64,000 bases of DNA from an uncultured Verrucomicrobiae bacterium (GCA_963719495.1 CAVRCI010000007.1:32001-96000), one strand, 5' to 3'. Positions 29,394 to 40,306 are shown, counted from the stretch's first letter. Made by a program: numbers and translations. The notes: a model not told the origin generated them from the letters alone.

Positions 29394-30350
29394 CTACTCC
29401 GCCTCCAACCCCTCCTCATACTTCAACCGATCCTGAATCGCGCGATCCTTGTAAAAAAGGATCCCATACCGCCGCATGTTGTAAACCAGCGCCCGCAAAT
29501 TATCCGCAATGGTCTGATCCGTCAGCAGAGCCCCCACCGGCCCTCGCCCATCCTTGGCGTCCGCGATCACCGCCCGCAGTTCGTCCATCGTCTTGGTAAA
29601 CGCCTCCGCCGACTCCTTCGCCGCGGCCACCGTCTCCTGACTCTGTTGGACCGTCTCGTCCACGGTCCCCGTCACCCGCTCGACCGAGGCCTGCACGTCC
29701 TCCAACGCCGTCGATGCCTTTTCCATCACCGCGTCAAACCCCTTCGAAGCTTCCGCGAACTCGGCGCTGGTCGTCTCCAGATTTTTCAACGTCTCGTCGA
29801 TCGCCTTGACGCTCGTCGGATTGAGCACCTCTTCGTTGATCCGGGTCACCACGGTGTCGATGTTCTTCACCGCCGTCTCCACGCTCTCCAGCAAGTCCGC
29901 GCCACCCGCCGCCAGGTCGCTCAGCCCCGACTCCCGCCCGCCCTGCACGACCGCGTCCGGCGGAATCGGACGAAAGCTCTCCACGTCCAGATCCGACGGC
30001 ATCGTGATCGAAACGTAGCTGTCCCCCAGCAGTCCCGAACTCCCGATCGTGAACTTCGAGCCCTCCGGAATCCGCACCCCCTCGTAGAGTTTCAGCAGCA
30101 CGTAAACCCCCACCATGCTCTTGAGCACGTAAGGCCCCTCCTCCACGGACCCGATCTTCGCGCCAGCCAGGAGCACGTCCGCCCCGACGAACAGGCCACT
30201 TGCGTTCGGATACTCGACCCGGATTTGATAAAACTCCTTCAGCCCATCCCCGAACCTCCCGAAATACACGACCATTCCGCAGATGAGTCCAATCCCGAGC
30301 AGCATGAAAAACCCCACCCGCACCTGCGTCACTTTTTCGCCTTTCGTCAT
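29394..30350 (-). CDS. mlaD: MlaD/MCE family protein
   Basis: N-terminal TM, ASGLFVGADVLLAGAKIGSV, SSGLLGDSYV. Confidence 0.88.
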   Translation of the reverse strand: MTKGEKVTQVRVGFFMLLGIGLICGMVVYFGRFGDGLKEFYQIRVEYPNASGLFVGADVLLAGAKIGSVEEGPYVLKSMVGVYVLLKLYEGVRIPEGSKFTIGSSGLLGDSYVSITMPSDLDVESFRPIPPDAVVQGGRESGLSDLAAGGADLLESVETAVKNIDTVVTRINEEVLNPTSVKAIDETLKNLETTSAEFAEASKGFDAVMEKASTALEDVQASVERVTGTVDETVQQSQETVAAAKESAEAFTKTMDELRAVIADAKDGRGPVGALLTDQTIADNLRALVYNMRRYGILFYKDRAIQDRLKYEEGLEAE

Positions 30351-30368
30351 AATTCCTTCCTCAAATTT

Positions 30369-31130
30369 CTAATCCTCGTCGTGCGAGCGGCCCTCCACGA
30401 AGTCCGCGATCACCGGGTCCCGGCTCGCCCGGAGCTCGGCGACCGTTCCGTCAAAATACACCTTCCCCTCGTAAAGCAACGCCACCCGGTCCGCGATGTG
30501 GTAGCAACTCGTCATGTCGTGCGTCACCACGATCGACGTCGCGTGCAACTGCCGCTGCAGCCGCCGGATCAGCTTGTTGATGCTGTCCGAAACGATCGGA
30601 TCCAACCCCGCCGTCGGCTCGTCGTAGAGAATCACGTCCGGCGGCGACACAATCGCCCGCGCCAAGGCCACCCGCTTCCGCATTCCACCGCTCAGGTTCA
30701 CCGGCATCTTGTCCTCGCTCCCCCCCAGATTCACCATCGCCAGCGTCTCGGCCACCTTCCGCCGGATCACCTCCTCGTCCCGCTCCCCCCGCTCCCGCAG
30801 CGGAAACCCCACGTTCCCCGCCACGCTCATTCCGTCAAAAAGCGCCCCGTCCTGGAATACCATTCCAATCTGACACCGGATCCGCTCCAGCTCCCGCTCG
30901 TTGAAATCCACGATGTCGACGCCCTCGACCAAAATTTCGCCGGAGATCGGCTTCATCAACCCGATCAAATGCCGCAAGAACACGCTCTTCCCGCCGCCGC
31001 TCCGTCCCAACAGAACCAGCGTCTCACCCCGTTTGATCGAAATCGAAAATCCCCGCAGGATCTCCTGCGCCCCGATCCGCTGATGCAGATCCCTCACCTC
31101 GATCAGCGGCTGATTCGACGCGGTCGTCAT
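30369..31130 (-). CDS. mlaF: MlaF-type ABC ATPase
   Basis: GRSGGGKS, LSGGMRKRVALAR, YDEPTAGLDP. Confidence 0.9.
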   Translation of the reverse strand: MTTASNQPLIEVRDLHQRIGAQEILRGFSISIKRGETLVLLGRSGGGKSVFLRHLIGLMKPISGEILVEGVDIVDFNERELERIRCQIGMVFQDGALFDGMSVAGNVGFPLRERGERDEEVIRRKVAETLAMVNLGGSEDKMPVNLSGGMRKRVALARAIVSPPDVILYDEPTAGLDPIVSDSINKLIRRLQRQLHATSIVVTHDMTSCYHIADRVALLYEGKVYFDGTVAELRASRDPVIADFVEGRSHDED

Positions 31131-31912
31131 CCGGCTGGAAACACGATGTTGAGCGCCATGGTGAGGAAAAAATTCGCAATGAGAACCGCCAGCGAACCCA
31201 CGACCACCGCCTGAGTCGTCGCCCGTCCGACGCCCACCGCGCCATCCTTCGCGAAGAGCCCCTCCCGGCTCGAGACGAACACGATGATCGCCGCAAAGAA
31301 AAACCCCTTCGTCACCCCCATCACGATGTCCTCCATCTCCGTGAATTTCCACGTGTTCATCAAGTAGTAGGCCGACCCGACCCCCAGCATTTTCGTGGCC
31401 ACGATGTAGCTCGAAGCAATCCCGAAGAAAATGCACTCGCCGACCAGCAACGGCAGCGAAACGAAAATCCCGATCGCCCGCGGCACCACCAGATAATCGA
31501 CCGGACTCACCGCCAGTGCCCGCAGCGCGTCGATTTGCTGGGTCACCTTCATCGTCCCGATCTCCGCACTGATCGCCGCGCCCGTCCGGCCCGCGACCAT
31601 CAACCCCGCCAGCACCGGCCCCAATTCCCGGCACATCGACACCGAAATCACCGGTCCCACCGCTGTCTCCATGTTCAGCGTCGAAAATTGAAAAAACGTC
31701 TGCGCCGTAAAAACCGCCCCCGTAAACGCCCCGGTCACGATCACCACCATCTGCGACCCAAAGCCAATCTGACTGATCTGCCGCAGGGTCAGCCCCCAAC
31801 GAATCCGGCCCCGCAGAACGGCTCCAAACGTCTCGCCCGCCAACTGCCCCACCTGGCCCAAGTAAGCGCAGAAGCCCAACCAAGCTTCCGCCAGATAAAC
31901 AAAAACCCCCAT
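31127..31912 (-). CDS. mlaE: MlaE-type ABC permease
   Basis: RELGPVLAGLMVAGR, AEIGTMKVTQQIDAL, GVGRATTQAVV. Confidence 0.92.
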   Translation of the reverse strand: MGVFVYLAEAWLGFCAYLGQVGQLAGETFGAVLRGRIRWGLTLRQISQIGFGSQMVVIVTGAFTGAVFTAQTFFQFSTLNMETAVGPVISVSMCRELGPVLAGLMVAGRTGAAISAEIGTMKVTQQIDALRALAVSPVDYLVVPRAIGIFVSLPLLVGECIFFGIASSYIVATKMLGVGSAYYLMNTWKFTEMEDIVMGVTKGFFFAAIIVFVSSREGLFAKDGAVGVGRATTQAVVVGSLAVLIANFFLTMALNIVFPAG

Positions 31913-31981
31913 CCCCTTTGGATCAGTCGAGCGACGAAGCGTCAAAGAGCCCAGCCGCGTTGCGAGTCGACTCGCCGCCGA

Positions 31982-32245
31982 TCACACGTCCAATCGCTGC
32001 GTCTTCTTCTTGGCGCTGATCCCCTCGGGCAGCGCACCGACGAACTTCGCGTTCAACCCCGCCTTGTTAAAAAGGGATTTCAGCGAAGACACGGAAGGCG
32101 ATTTGTCGTCGAACTCCATGTAGACGATGTCGTGGTTCGTATCGACCTTGTAGCGAAGGCCGTTGAGCGTATCGAGTTCGAGCGCCAGGCCCATCATCTT
32201 GTCCGCGTGGCGGACGCCGGCTGCGTAAACTTCCAACTCGATCAT
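31982..32245 (-). CDS. Small hypothetical protein (possible ferredoxin/HMA-like fold, no CxxC)
   Basis: 87-aa ORF MIELEVYAAG...; beta-alpha-beta-beta-alpha-beta pattern by eye. Confidence 0.6.
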   Translation of the reverse strand: MIELEVYAAGVRHADKMMGLALELDTLNGLRYKVDTNHDIVYMEFDDKSPSVSSLKSLFNKAGLNAKFVGALPEGISAKKKTQRLDV

Positions 32246-32360
32246 GCGCGTTATGATCCTCCCCCGACCGATCCCAAGCAAGTGAGAAATGGGCCGAAGC
32301 GGGAGTCCCCACACTTTCGCGAGACACGCCCGCCGCCCCGCGTTATTCTCCCGGCACACT

Positions 32361-34193
32361 ATGCGTTTTCTCATCTCCGACACCACGTCCGCCCCCGCGA
32401 AAAAGACCCCGCTCCGCTCCGAAGTCGCCTCCGCCGACACCTGGGACCTCACCCCGCTCTTCGCGGACGACGCGGCTTGGGAGTCCGAATTCCAAGCCCT
32501 CCAAGCCGACTACCCCACGATTGCGAAATTCCGCGACCATCTCGCCGAAGACGTCACCACCCTCCTCGAAGCTCTCGAATTCGAAAAGTCCGTCGATCTC
32601 CGCATTGAATCTCTCAACCAATACGTCGCCCTCCGCACCACCGAGGACAGCTCCGACTCGACCGCTCTCTCGCGCGAAGCCCGCTTCCAATCCGTCCTCG
32701 TCCAGCTCGCCGAAGCCTTCTCCTTTCTCGCTCCCGAGCTACAGGCCATCGACGACTCGCTCTTCGACCAATGGCTCGCCGACCCCGCGCTCGCCGACTG
32801 GCAGATCCCCCTCCGCAAGCTCCGCCGCCTCAAGCCGCACACGCTCTCACCTTCCGAAGAGCGTCTCCTCGCCCTCGGGTCCGCCGCCCTCGCCGGACAT
32901 CAGGAGACCTTCTCTCAGCTCACGAACGTCGACATGAAATTTGGCACCGTCCGCGACGCCAGGGATCGCGAGATCGAGCTCACCCAAAGCTCCTTCTCCT
33001 CGCTCCTCAACAGCAAGGCCCCCGCCGTCCGCCGCGACACCTTCCATCAATTCTACGAGGAATTCGAAGGCCACAAGTTCACCCTCGCCTCGTCGCTGGC
33101 GAATTCCGTCCGCACCGACGTCTTCCAAGCCCGCGCCCGCAACTACCCGAGCGCCCGCGAAGCCGCTCTCTTCCGCGACGACGTCCCGGTCACCGTCTAC
33201 GACAACCTCATCGCCTCCGTGCGAAAGAACCTCCCCGCCCTCCATCGCTACTACGACCTCCGCCGCCGCGTCCTCGGCCTCGACGAGATCCACCACTACG
33301 ACACCTACGTCCCGCTCGTCTCCGAGATCGACACCGACATCCCGTGGCAGGGCGCCGTCGACCGCGTCCTCTCCGCCGTCCGCCCGCTCGGCGACGACTA
33401 CGCCGCCACCCTCGGTCACGGCCTCACCGACGGCCGCTGGTGCGACCGCTACGAGAACAAAGGCAAACGTTCCGGCGCCTTCAGTTACGGCACCTTCACG
33501 AGCCCGCCTTACATCATGATGAACTACAAGGCCGACGTCTTCTCCGACGTCTACACCCTCGCGCACGAGGCCGGCCATTCCATGCACACCTGGTTCTCGA
33601 CCCGTGCCCAGAGCTACCAGAATTACCACTACCCCATCTTCCTCGCCGAGGTCGCGTCCACCTTCAACGAAATGCTCCTCACCAAGCACCTTCTCGACGA
33701 AAACGCCGACGACCCGCGCATGAAGGCCTACCTCATCAGCCGCCAGATCGACGACCTCCGCGGCACCCTCTTCCGGCAGACGATGTTCGCCGAGTTCGAG
33801 CGCGAAATCCACGCCATCGAGGAACGCGGCGACGCCCTCACCCTCGACACCATGCAGGAGACCTACCAGAGCCTGCTCACCGCCTACTTCGGCCCGAACT
33901 TCGCCCTCGACGACCAACTCCGCTTGGAATGCCTCCGCATCCCGCACTTCTACAGCGCCTTCTACGTTTACAAATACGCCACCGGCATCAGCGCCGCCGT
34001 CGCCCTCAGCCAGCAGGTCCTCGAGACGGGCGACGCGACCGACTATCTCGCGTTCCTAAAAAGCGGAGGCAGCCGTTTCCCGATCGAAACCCTCGCCGCC
34101 GCCGGAGTCGACATGAGCACCCCCGCCCCCATCGACGCCGCCCTCAAACTCTTCGCCACCCGAGTCGAAGAACTCGAGACCCTCATGGAGTGA
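32361..34193 (+). CDS. pepF: Oligoendopeptidase F (M3B)
   Basis: GKRSGAFS, TLAHEAGHSMH, AEVASTFNE, RIPHFY. Confidence 0.93.
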   Translation: MRFLISDTTSAPAKKTPLRSEVASADTWDLTPLFADDAAWESEFQALQADYPTIAKFRDHLAEDVTTLLEALEFEKSVDLRIESLNQYVALRTTEDSSDSTALSREARFQSVLVQLAEAFSFLAPELQAIDDSLFDQWLADPALADWQIPLRKLRRLKPHTLSPSEERLLALGSAALAGHQETFSQLTNVDMKFGTVRDARDREIELTQSSFSSLLNSKAPAVRRDTFHQFYEEFEGHKFTLASSLANSVRTDVFQARARNYPSAREAALFRDDVPVTVYDNLIASVRKNLPALHRYYDLRRRVLGLDEIHHYDTYVPLVSEIDTDIPWQGAVDRVLSAVRPLGDDYAATLGHGLTDGRWCDRYENKGKRSGAFSYGTFTSPPYIMMNYKADVFSDVYTLAHEAGHSMHTWFSTRAQSYQNYHYPIFLAEVASTFNEMLLTKHLLDENADDPRMKAYLISRQIDDLRGTLFRQTMFAEFEREIHAIEERGDALTLDTMQETYQSLLTAYFGPNFALDDQLRLECLRIPHFYSAFYVYKYATGISAAVALSQQVLETGDATDYLAFLKSGGSRFPIETLAAAGVDMSTPAPIDAALKLFATRVEELETLME

Positions 34194-34286
34194 GATTTTG
34201 ATTCTCACGCAAAGACGCAGAGGCGCAGAGAATTTCAGGTCCGGAATGCATTCCCTCTGCGTCTCTTCGCCTCTGCGTGAGAAAAA

Positions 34287-36197
34287 TCACTCGTCCAACT
34301 TCAGATAGGTGTAAGACCCGAGCACCTTCTCGTAAGTCTTGAGAAGCCGCATCGCCTCCTTCGGCTTCAGCCGATCGCTCTTGATCGCCGCATCCGTCTG
34401 AGCCTTCACGCGTCGGATCAACTCGTTCGTGTCCCACTGGGTCAGCGAAAGCACCTGCCCCACCGTGCTCCCAGCCAGGGCCTCCTCGACGTAGTAACCG
34501 CTGTCCTCATCCTCATCGAGGAACACGTGCATCTCGTTCACGCGCCCGAACAGATTGTGCAGGTCTCCCATGATGTCCTGATACGCCCCGGTCAGAAAGA
34601 ACCCGATGTAATAAGGCTTTCCCGCCTCCCAACGGTGCAGCGGAAGCGTCTCCTTCACGTCCTGGAGGTCGATGAATTTGCTCACCTTCCCGTCCGAGTC
34701 ACACGTGATGTCGACCAGCGTCCCGTTGCGATCCGGCATCTCGTTCAACCGATGAATCGGCATCACCGGAAACAACTGCCCCAGCGCCCAATGGTCGAGC
34801 AACGACTGAAACACCGAAAAATTGCACAAATACTGATCGCCCAACGCGACCTCCATTTCCTTCACTTCCTCCGGCACGTAGCGCATCCCGCGAAATCCCT
34901 CGACGATCCTCACCGCGATTTCCCAGTAGAGCGTGTCCACCTTCGCCTTCGCCCGCAGGTCCAGCAGCCCCAGATCAAACATCGACTGCGCCCGCTCGCG
35001 GATCTCCAGCGCGTCGTGCAAATTCTCCAGCCGGTTCTTTTTCCCGAGGTTCGCGTGGATTTCCACCATGTCGTGCACCGGCGGCGGATCCCCGTCCTCC
35101 GGCACCACCGGCTCGTGCTCCGCGCTCTTCTCGATCGACCCGAACGCCTCGACCACCAGCACCGAATGGTGCGCCACCAGCGCCCGCCCACTCTCGCTCA
35201 CGATCGTCGGATGCGGCACCTCCTCGGCGTCGCACACGGCCTTGATGCTGGCCACGATGTCGCGCGCGTATTCGTCCAACGAATAGTTCGTCGAACTATC
35301 GAACGTCGTCCGCGACCCATCGTAATCCACGCCCAAGCCACCCCCGACGTCCAGATAGCCCAACTCGTGCCCCATCTTCTGAAGCTTCGAATAAAACCGC
35401 GCCGCCTCCCGCGTCGCCCGCTTGATCGTCCCGATGTCCGGCACCTGCGAACCGACGTGAAAATGAATCAACCGCAACGCGTCCGCCATCCCCTCCGCGT
35501 GCAGCATGTCGCTCGCCCGCACGAGGTCCGCCGTCGACAACCCAAACTTCGCGTTCTCCCCGCCGCTCGTCGCCCACTTCCCCGCGCCCTTCGAAAGCAA
35601 TCGCACGCGAAGCCCAATGAGCGGACTCCCGCCGAACGCCTTCGCTACCTCGAGGATGTGCTCGAGCTCCTCGAGCTTCTCGACCACGAGGATGACCATC
35701 TTCCCCAGCTTCCGCCCCATCAACGCGATCCGGATCAATTCGGAATCCTTGTAGCCGTTGCAAATGATCAGGCTCTCCGGATCGGTGTGCATCGCGATCG
35801 CCGCCATCAGCTCCGGCTTGCTCCCGGCCTCGAGGCCAAAATGATATTCCTTCCCGCCGTCCAGGATCTCCTCCACGACCTCGCGCAGCTGATTGACCTT
35901 GATCGGGAACACCCCCTTGTAGCAGTTCCCGTAGCCCTCCCCCTTGACCGCGTCGGCAAAAGCTCGGTTCACCGTCGCCACCCGGTGGCGCAACAAATCC
36001 TGAAAACGCAGCACCATCGGAAACGCCAGATCCCGCTCCTTCGCCTCCTCGACCAACTCCATCAGGTCGATCGATTCCTTCTTCCTGCCCGTCGGCAGCG
36101 CCGCCACGTGACCCTTGGAATTGACGGCAAAATACCCCCCCCCCCAACGGTCGACGTTGTAAAGAGCGGTAGCGTCGGCGGGGCCAAAATCAGACAT
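34287..36197 (-). CDS. speA: Biosynthetic arginine decarboxylase
   Basis: FPIKVNQ, EAGSKPEL, HFHVGSQ, DVGGGLGVDYDG, TCDSDG, GAYQDIMG. Confidence 0.95.
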   Translation of the reverse strand: MSDFGPADATALYNVDRWGGGYFAVNSKGHVAALPTGRKKESIDLMELVEEAKERDLAFPMVLRFQDLLRHRVATVNRAFADAVKGEGYGNCYKGVFPIKVNQLREVVEEILDGGKEYHFGLEAGSKPELMAAIAMHTDPESLIICNGYKDSELIRIALMGRKLGKMVILVVEKLEELEHILEVAKAFGGSPLIGLRVRLLSKGAGKWATSGGENAKFGLSTADLVRASDMLHAEGMADALRLIHFHVGSQVPDIGTIKRATREAARFYSKLQKMGHELGYLDVGGGLGVDYDGSRTTFDSSTNYSLDEYARDIVASIKAVCDAEEVPHPTIVSESGRALVAHHSVLVVEAFGSIEKSAEHEPVVPEDGDPPPVHDMVEIHANLGKKNRLENLHDALEIRERAQSMFDLGLLDLRAKAKVDTLYWEIAVRIVEGFRGMRYVPEEVKEMEVALGDQYLCNFSVFQSLLDHWALGQLFPVMPIHRLNEMPDRNGTLVDITCDSDGKVSKFIDLQDVKETLPLHRWEAGKPYYIGFFLTGAYQDIMGDLHNLFGRVNEMHVFLDEDEDSGYYVEEALAGSTVGQVLSLTQWDTNELIRRVKAQTDAAIKSDRLKPKEAMRLLKTYEKVLGSYTYLKLDE

Positions 36198-36398
36198 CGG
36201 ACCGCGAATAAACTACGCTTCGACCGAATGTCCAACCCCACAAACAAACAAAATCCGACCGACCACCCGCGCCAAAGCCACCCCCCATCCAAAACCCTGT
36301 CATGCCGAGCGAAGCGAAGCATGTCTGGCTTCTCACCTCACCACCCGCCTCCGCACACTCGACGTTGACGCCAGGCGCCGCATCGTCGACAGAACACC

Positions 36399-37631
36399 AT
36401 GTTTCTCAGACACCTTCTCACCGTCACCCTGCTGACGGTCGCCGCCTCCAGCACCCGCGCCAGCCAATTTAGCGGCATCATCGCGTTCGGCGACAGCCTC
36501 AGCGATCGCGGCAACACGGTGGCGGAATTCGGTTTCCTCCTCAACGGCACCGACAGCTACAACTCGAACTTCTACGCCGACGGGCGCTGGTCGAACGGTC
36601 CAACGTGGATCGAAGTCGTCAACGACCAACTCGGCAACGGCACCTGGGCCCGGAACAACGGAAACGCGCTTTCCACCGGCACCAACTTCGCCTGGGGCGG
36701 CAGCACCAGCGGCTCCGGCCGCACCAACGGCGTCCTCGCCAATCTGCAAACCCAGATCCTCTCCTACCGCCTGAATGCCGTGGTCGGACCGCTCATCAGC
36801 TCACCCGGCTCGAGGCTCTTCGCCATCTGGAGCGGCGGCAACGACGTGATCAACGCCGTCCAGGGTGACTCGTCCGTCGACGTCGACGCCCTGTCGACCA
36901 CCATGGCCAACAATATCGCCCAGGCGATCACGACCCTCTACGACCTCGGCGGCCGGCAGTTCATCGTTCCGAACCTGCCCGATCTCGCCCAGAAGCCAAA
37001 TTACCTCACCAACAATTCTTTCGCCCGCCAATCCCGGGCCATTGTGAAAGCGTTCAACGCGAAACTCGCCACCCAGTTCGCCAACCTGCGCGCCGACCTC
37101 CCGGGCATCACGATCCACGCCTTCGATACGTTCGGCATCCTCAACGAGATCTTCGCCAGCCCCCGGCAATTCGGTTTCACGAGCATCGACCTCCCGGCTT
37201 ACGTCTCGGATCGCTCGCTGCCCCTCCGAGGCTACGTCCGCCCCCTCGCCGACGACTACCTCTTCTGGGACACGACCCACCCCACGCAACTCGGCCACTC
37301 CATTCTCGGGATCAACGCCCTCCAGCTCATCGCCGGCGGCGGACCCACGCTCGGCCGCGACGTCACCGATCCCACCGTCAACTTCAACCGAAAGAAAACC
37401 CGCGTCCGCGGCAAAACCCTCCGGCTCGTCGGAAACGCCCGCGACAACCGGTCGATCGATCGGGTGGAATACAAAGTCGGCCGCCGTGGCTATCGCACCA
37501 CCCGAAGAACCGAACGCTGGCGCGTGAGAATCCCGCTAGAATCAGGTAAGAACGTCATCCGCGTCCGAGCCTTCGACTTCGCCGGAAACGTCTCCCGAGT
37601 CAAACGCTACGTGGTAAAGCTAAAGCGATAG
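36399..37631 (+). CDS. Secreted SGNH/GDSL hydrolase with basic C-terminal Ig-like domain
   Basis: FGDSLSD, RWSNG, GGND, WDTTHPT; signal peptide. Confidence 0.9.
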   Translation: MFLRHLLTVTLLTVAASSTRASQFSGIIAFGDSLSDRGNTVAEFGFLLNGTDSYNSNFYADGRWSNGPTWIEVVNDQLGNGTWARNNGNALSTGTNFAWGGSTSGSGRTNGVLANLQTQILSYRLNAVVGPLISSPGSRLFAIWSGGNDVINAVQGDSSVDVDALSTTMANNIAQAITTLYDLGGRQFIVPNLPDLAQKPNYLTNNSFARQSRAIVKAFNAKLATQFANLRADLPGITIHAFDTFGILNEIFASPRQFGFTSIDLPAYVSDRSLPLRGYVRPLADDYLFWDTTHPTQLGHSILGINALQLIAGGGPTLGRDVTDPTVNFNRKKTRVRGKTLRLVGNARDNRSIDRVEYKVGRRGYRTTRRTERWRVRIPLESGKNVIRVRAFDFAGNVSRVKRYVVKLKR

Positions 37632-37775
37632 GCAGCCAAGGAGGCGACAGCCTCCTTCCATCCAACAACCTGTCATGCTGAGCGAAGCGAAGCATCTCTG
37701 GCTTACACTCCTCACCTCACCTCACCTCACCTCACCCACCCATCACCAGTCACCCATCACTCATCACCAGCCAAG

Positions 37776-39047
37776 CTACCAGTTCACCACCGTAAACTGC
37801 CCCTGACTGATCGCGTTCGCTTCCTCCAAGGTAATCCACCGCTCCGCGTAGCTCGGCCCCCACGAATCCGAAATCGCAATCTCATCGGTCTCGTCATTGT
37901 AGCCAATGATCATGCACATGTGCCCGTTCTCGCGATCCGGACGAATGCTTCGCGCCGCCTTCCGATAAGGCTGCAACAGCTTTTTGTAAGCCTCCCAATC
38001 CGACACCGACTCCCGCTGCGCCGACCGCTCGGTCACGCTTTTGTCGACCGACCGCTCGACGAACATCGTCCACATGATCGGCAGCCCGTCGTCGATCTCC
38101 CGGGCCACGCTCTGGATCGTGATCCGACCGCCGCTCGTGTTCATCCGCCGACCGTATTGCCGCACCAGATCGTTCACCCCCGCCTGCATCGCCCGCACCG
38201 AAGTCCCGCCGCCCACCTCCGTCGACCCCGCCATCGCCAGCGAATACATGTCCGCCTCGACGCCGAGGTAGCGCAGCGCCCGTTCCCAGGTCGCCGGCAC
38301 GCAGTAGCCCTTCGGTCCCTGGTCCACCATGGGGATTTCGGAAAGAACCACGTCGCCATTTTCCCGACGGACGACCCGACCCGCCAACCGCTCCTTGAGC
38401 ACCGTGTCTTTCACCCGCTCGATGGCGACCCCATCCGCAACCACCGTCGGCACGATGCGCAGCGCGACGTATTCCCCGTCCGGAGCCGCGAGCAGGATCG
38501 CGTGGCCATTCCAATCCCACCGCAACACCCGCTCACTCGCGTTGCGTCCCTGACCGAACGTGTCATTCCCAGGTTCGCCCAACGTTTCCGTGAGCCGCTT
38601 GGCGAGCGCGTTCGCGTCCGCCTCGATCAATTTTTTGTAGTCCCGAAGCTGCCGCTGCAGCTCCGTCCGAGCCCGCGCCTCGCTCAGGCCCGGGTCGATC
38701 TCGATCATCGCGGCCACGTCACCCTTGTTCGCGAAGATCATGGAAATCCGATCCGCTTTGCCATCGTCGCCGTAGAGCGCCAACGAAAACGGCCGCGATC
38801 CCAGCACCCGCTCCTTCGCCCCGGAATAGCGCCGGAAGCTCGCGCTCGCCGTCGTCCGCGACTCCATCGGCCACTCCAACCGCTCGGCCACGTCCGCGTC
38901 CGGGTCATCCCAAAGGTTCGCGTCGGCCCAGATCTTGATCCCGAAAGCATCGTTCATTTCGTCGACGCCGACCTCCTGCGCGTCCGCCGGGAGGACGGCG
39001 AAAGCCGCGATGACGTTGCCGACGATCAGAGCGTGTGTCAGTCTCAT
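37776..39047 (-). CDS. Secreted C39-like cysteine peptidase
   Basis: QGPKGYCVPA, GHMCMIIGYN, DSWG. Confidence 0.75.
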   Translation of the reverse strand: MRLTHALIVGNVIAAFAVLPADAQEVGVDEMNDAFGIKIWADANLWDDPDADVAERLEWPMESRTTASASFRRYSGAKERVLGSRPFSLALYGDDGKADRISMIFANKGDVAAMIEIDPGLSEARARTELQRQLRDYKKLIEADANALAKRLTETLGEPGNDTFGQGRNASERVLRWDWNGHAILLAAPDGEYVALRIVPTVVADGVAIERVKDTVLKERLAGRVVRRENGDVVLSEIPMVDQGPKGYCVPATWERALRYLGVEADMYSLAMAGSTEVGGGTSVRAMQAGVNDLVRQYGRRMNTSGGRITIQSVAREIDDGLPIMWTMFVERSVDKSVTERSAQRESVSDWEAYKKLLQPYRKAARSIRPDRENGHMCMIIGYNDETDEIAISDSWGPSYAERWITLEEANAISQGQFTVVNW

Positions 39048-39076
39048 GCTTCCGAAGCTAATTGATCCCAAGACCC

Positions 39077-40306
39077 ATGCGCACCCTTTTCCTCGACTGT
39101 TTTTCCGGCATCAGCGGCGACATGAGCGTCGCCGCGCTCCTTGACCTCGGCCTCGATCCCAAGGCCCTCGAAGCCGAACTCGCCAAGCTTGGCCTCACCG
39201 CCGAATACCGCCTCCGAGTCCACCGCGCCGCCCGCCAAAACATCGCCGGAACCAAATTCGACGTCCTTCTCACGCCGTCACCGCGCTCCCACCAATCACT
39301 CCTCACCAGTCACCAATCACACACCCACGGCCGCGACCACGCCCAGATTAAGAACCTGCTCACCGCCGCCGACCTACCACCCGAAGTCAAGAAGCGCGCC
39401 CTGGCCACCTTCCAACGCGTCGCCATCGCCGAAGGAAAAATCCACGGCATGCCCCCCGACGACGTCCACTTCCACGAGGTCGGAGCCATCGACTCCATCG
39501 TCGACATCGTCGCCTTCTGCGTCGGCGTCCACCTCCTCGGCATCGAACGAATCCTTGTTTCCAACCTCTTCGAAGGCACCGGCTTCATCACTTGCGCGCA
39601 CGGCCGATTCCCGCTTCCCGCCCCCGCCACCCTCGAAATCCTCGCCGGCATCCCACTCTCGCAGATCGACGAACCGTTGGAATTCATAACCCCCACCGGC
39701 GCGGCCCTCGTCGCCGAGTTCGGTGAATCCTTCGGCCCCATGCCCATTCTCCGCGTCGAGCGGATCGGCTACGGCCTCGGCACCCGCGACACCTCCCCCC
39801 GCCCCAACGTCCTCCGCGCCGTCCTCGCCGACGCCGACGCCGTCGACCCGGAGCGCGACACCATCACTCGCATCGAAACGAACCTCGACGACTGCACCGC
39901 CGAGATCATCGCCGCCTGCACCGAGAGCCTGCTCGCCGCCGGAGCCCTCGACGTCTTCACGACCGCGGCCCAAATGAAAAAAAACCGTCCTGGCGTCCTC
40001 CTCACCGTCCTCAGCGAACCCGCCGACGCCGAGCGCCTGGCCACGATCATCCTCCGCGAAACCACCGCCTTCGGAGTCCGCCTTGACGAGACTCGCCGGA
40101 TCAAGCTCCGCCGCGAAATCCGATCGGTCGAAACCCCCCACGGCCCGATCCACGTCAAATTCGGCTACCTCGGCAACGAAGTCATCCAAGCCACCCCCGA
40201 ATTCGAGTCCTGCCGGGAAGCCGCCAAGAAAACCGGCCAACCCATCCAGGAAATCTACCGCCAAGCCACCCGTGGAATCGGCTTCCAGCCGATCACCAAC
40301 CCCTAA
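39077..40306 (+). CDS. larC: Nickel-pincer cofactor biosynthesis protein LarC
   Basis: DCFSGISGDM, HFHEVGAIDSIVD, TPTGAA, ETNLDD, MKKNRPG, PEFESC. Confidence 0.93.
   Translation: MRTLFLDCFSGISGDMSVAALLDLGLDPKALEAELAKLGLTAEYRLRVHRAARQNIAGTKFDVLLTPSPRSHQSLLTSHQSHTHGRDHAQIKNLLTAADLPPEVKKRALATFQRVAIAEGKIHGMPPDDVHFHEVGAIDSIVDIVAFCVGVHLLGIERILVSNLFEGTGFITCAHGRFPLPAPATLEILAGIPLSQIDEPLEFITPTGAALVAEFGESFGPMPILRVERIGYGLGTRDTSPRPNVLRAVLADADAVDPERDTITRIETNLDDCTAEIIAACTESLLAAGALDVFTTAAQMKKNRPGVLLTVLSEPADAERLATIILRETTAFGVRLDETRRIKLRREIRSVETPHGPIHVKFGYLGNEVIQATPEFESCREAAKKTGQPIQEIYRQATRGIGFQPITNP

Noticed and set aside
37708..37775. CTCAC and TCACCA-type short tandem runs (also ~25830, ~29365, ~40335)
   Set aside because: Low-complexity intergenic repeats with no spacers or associated gene
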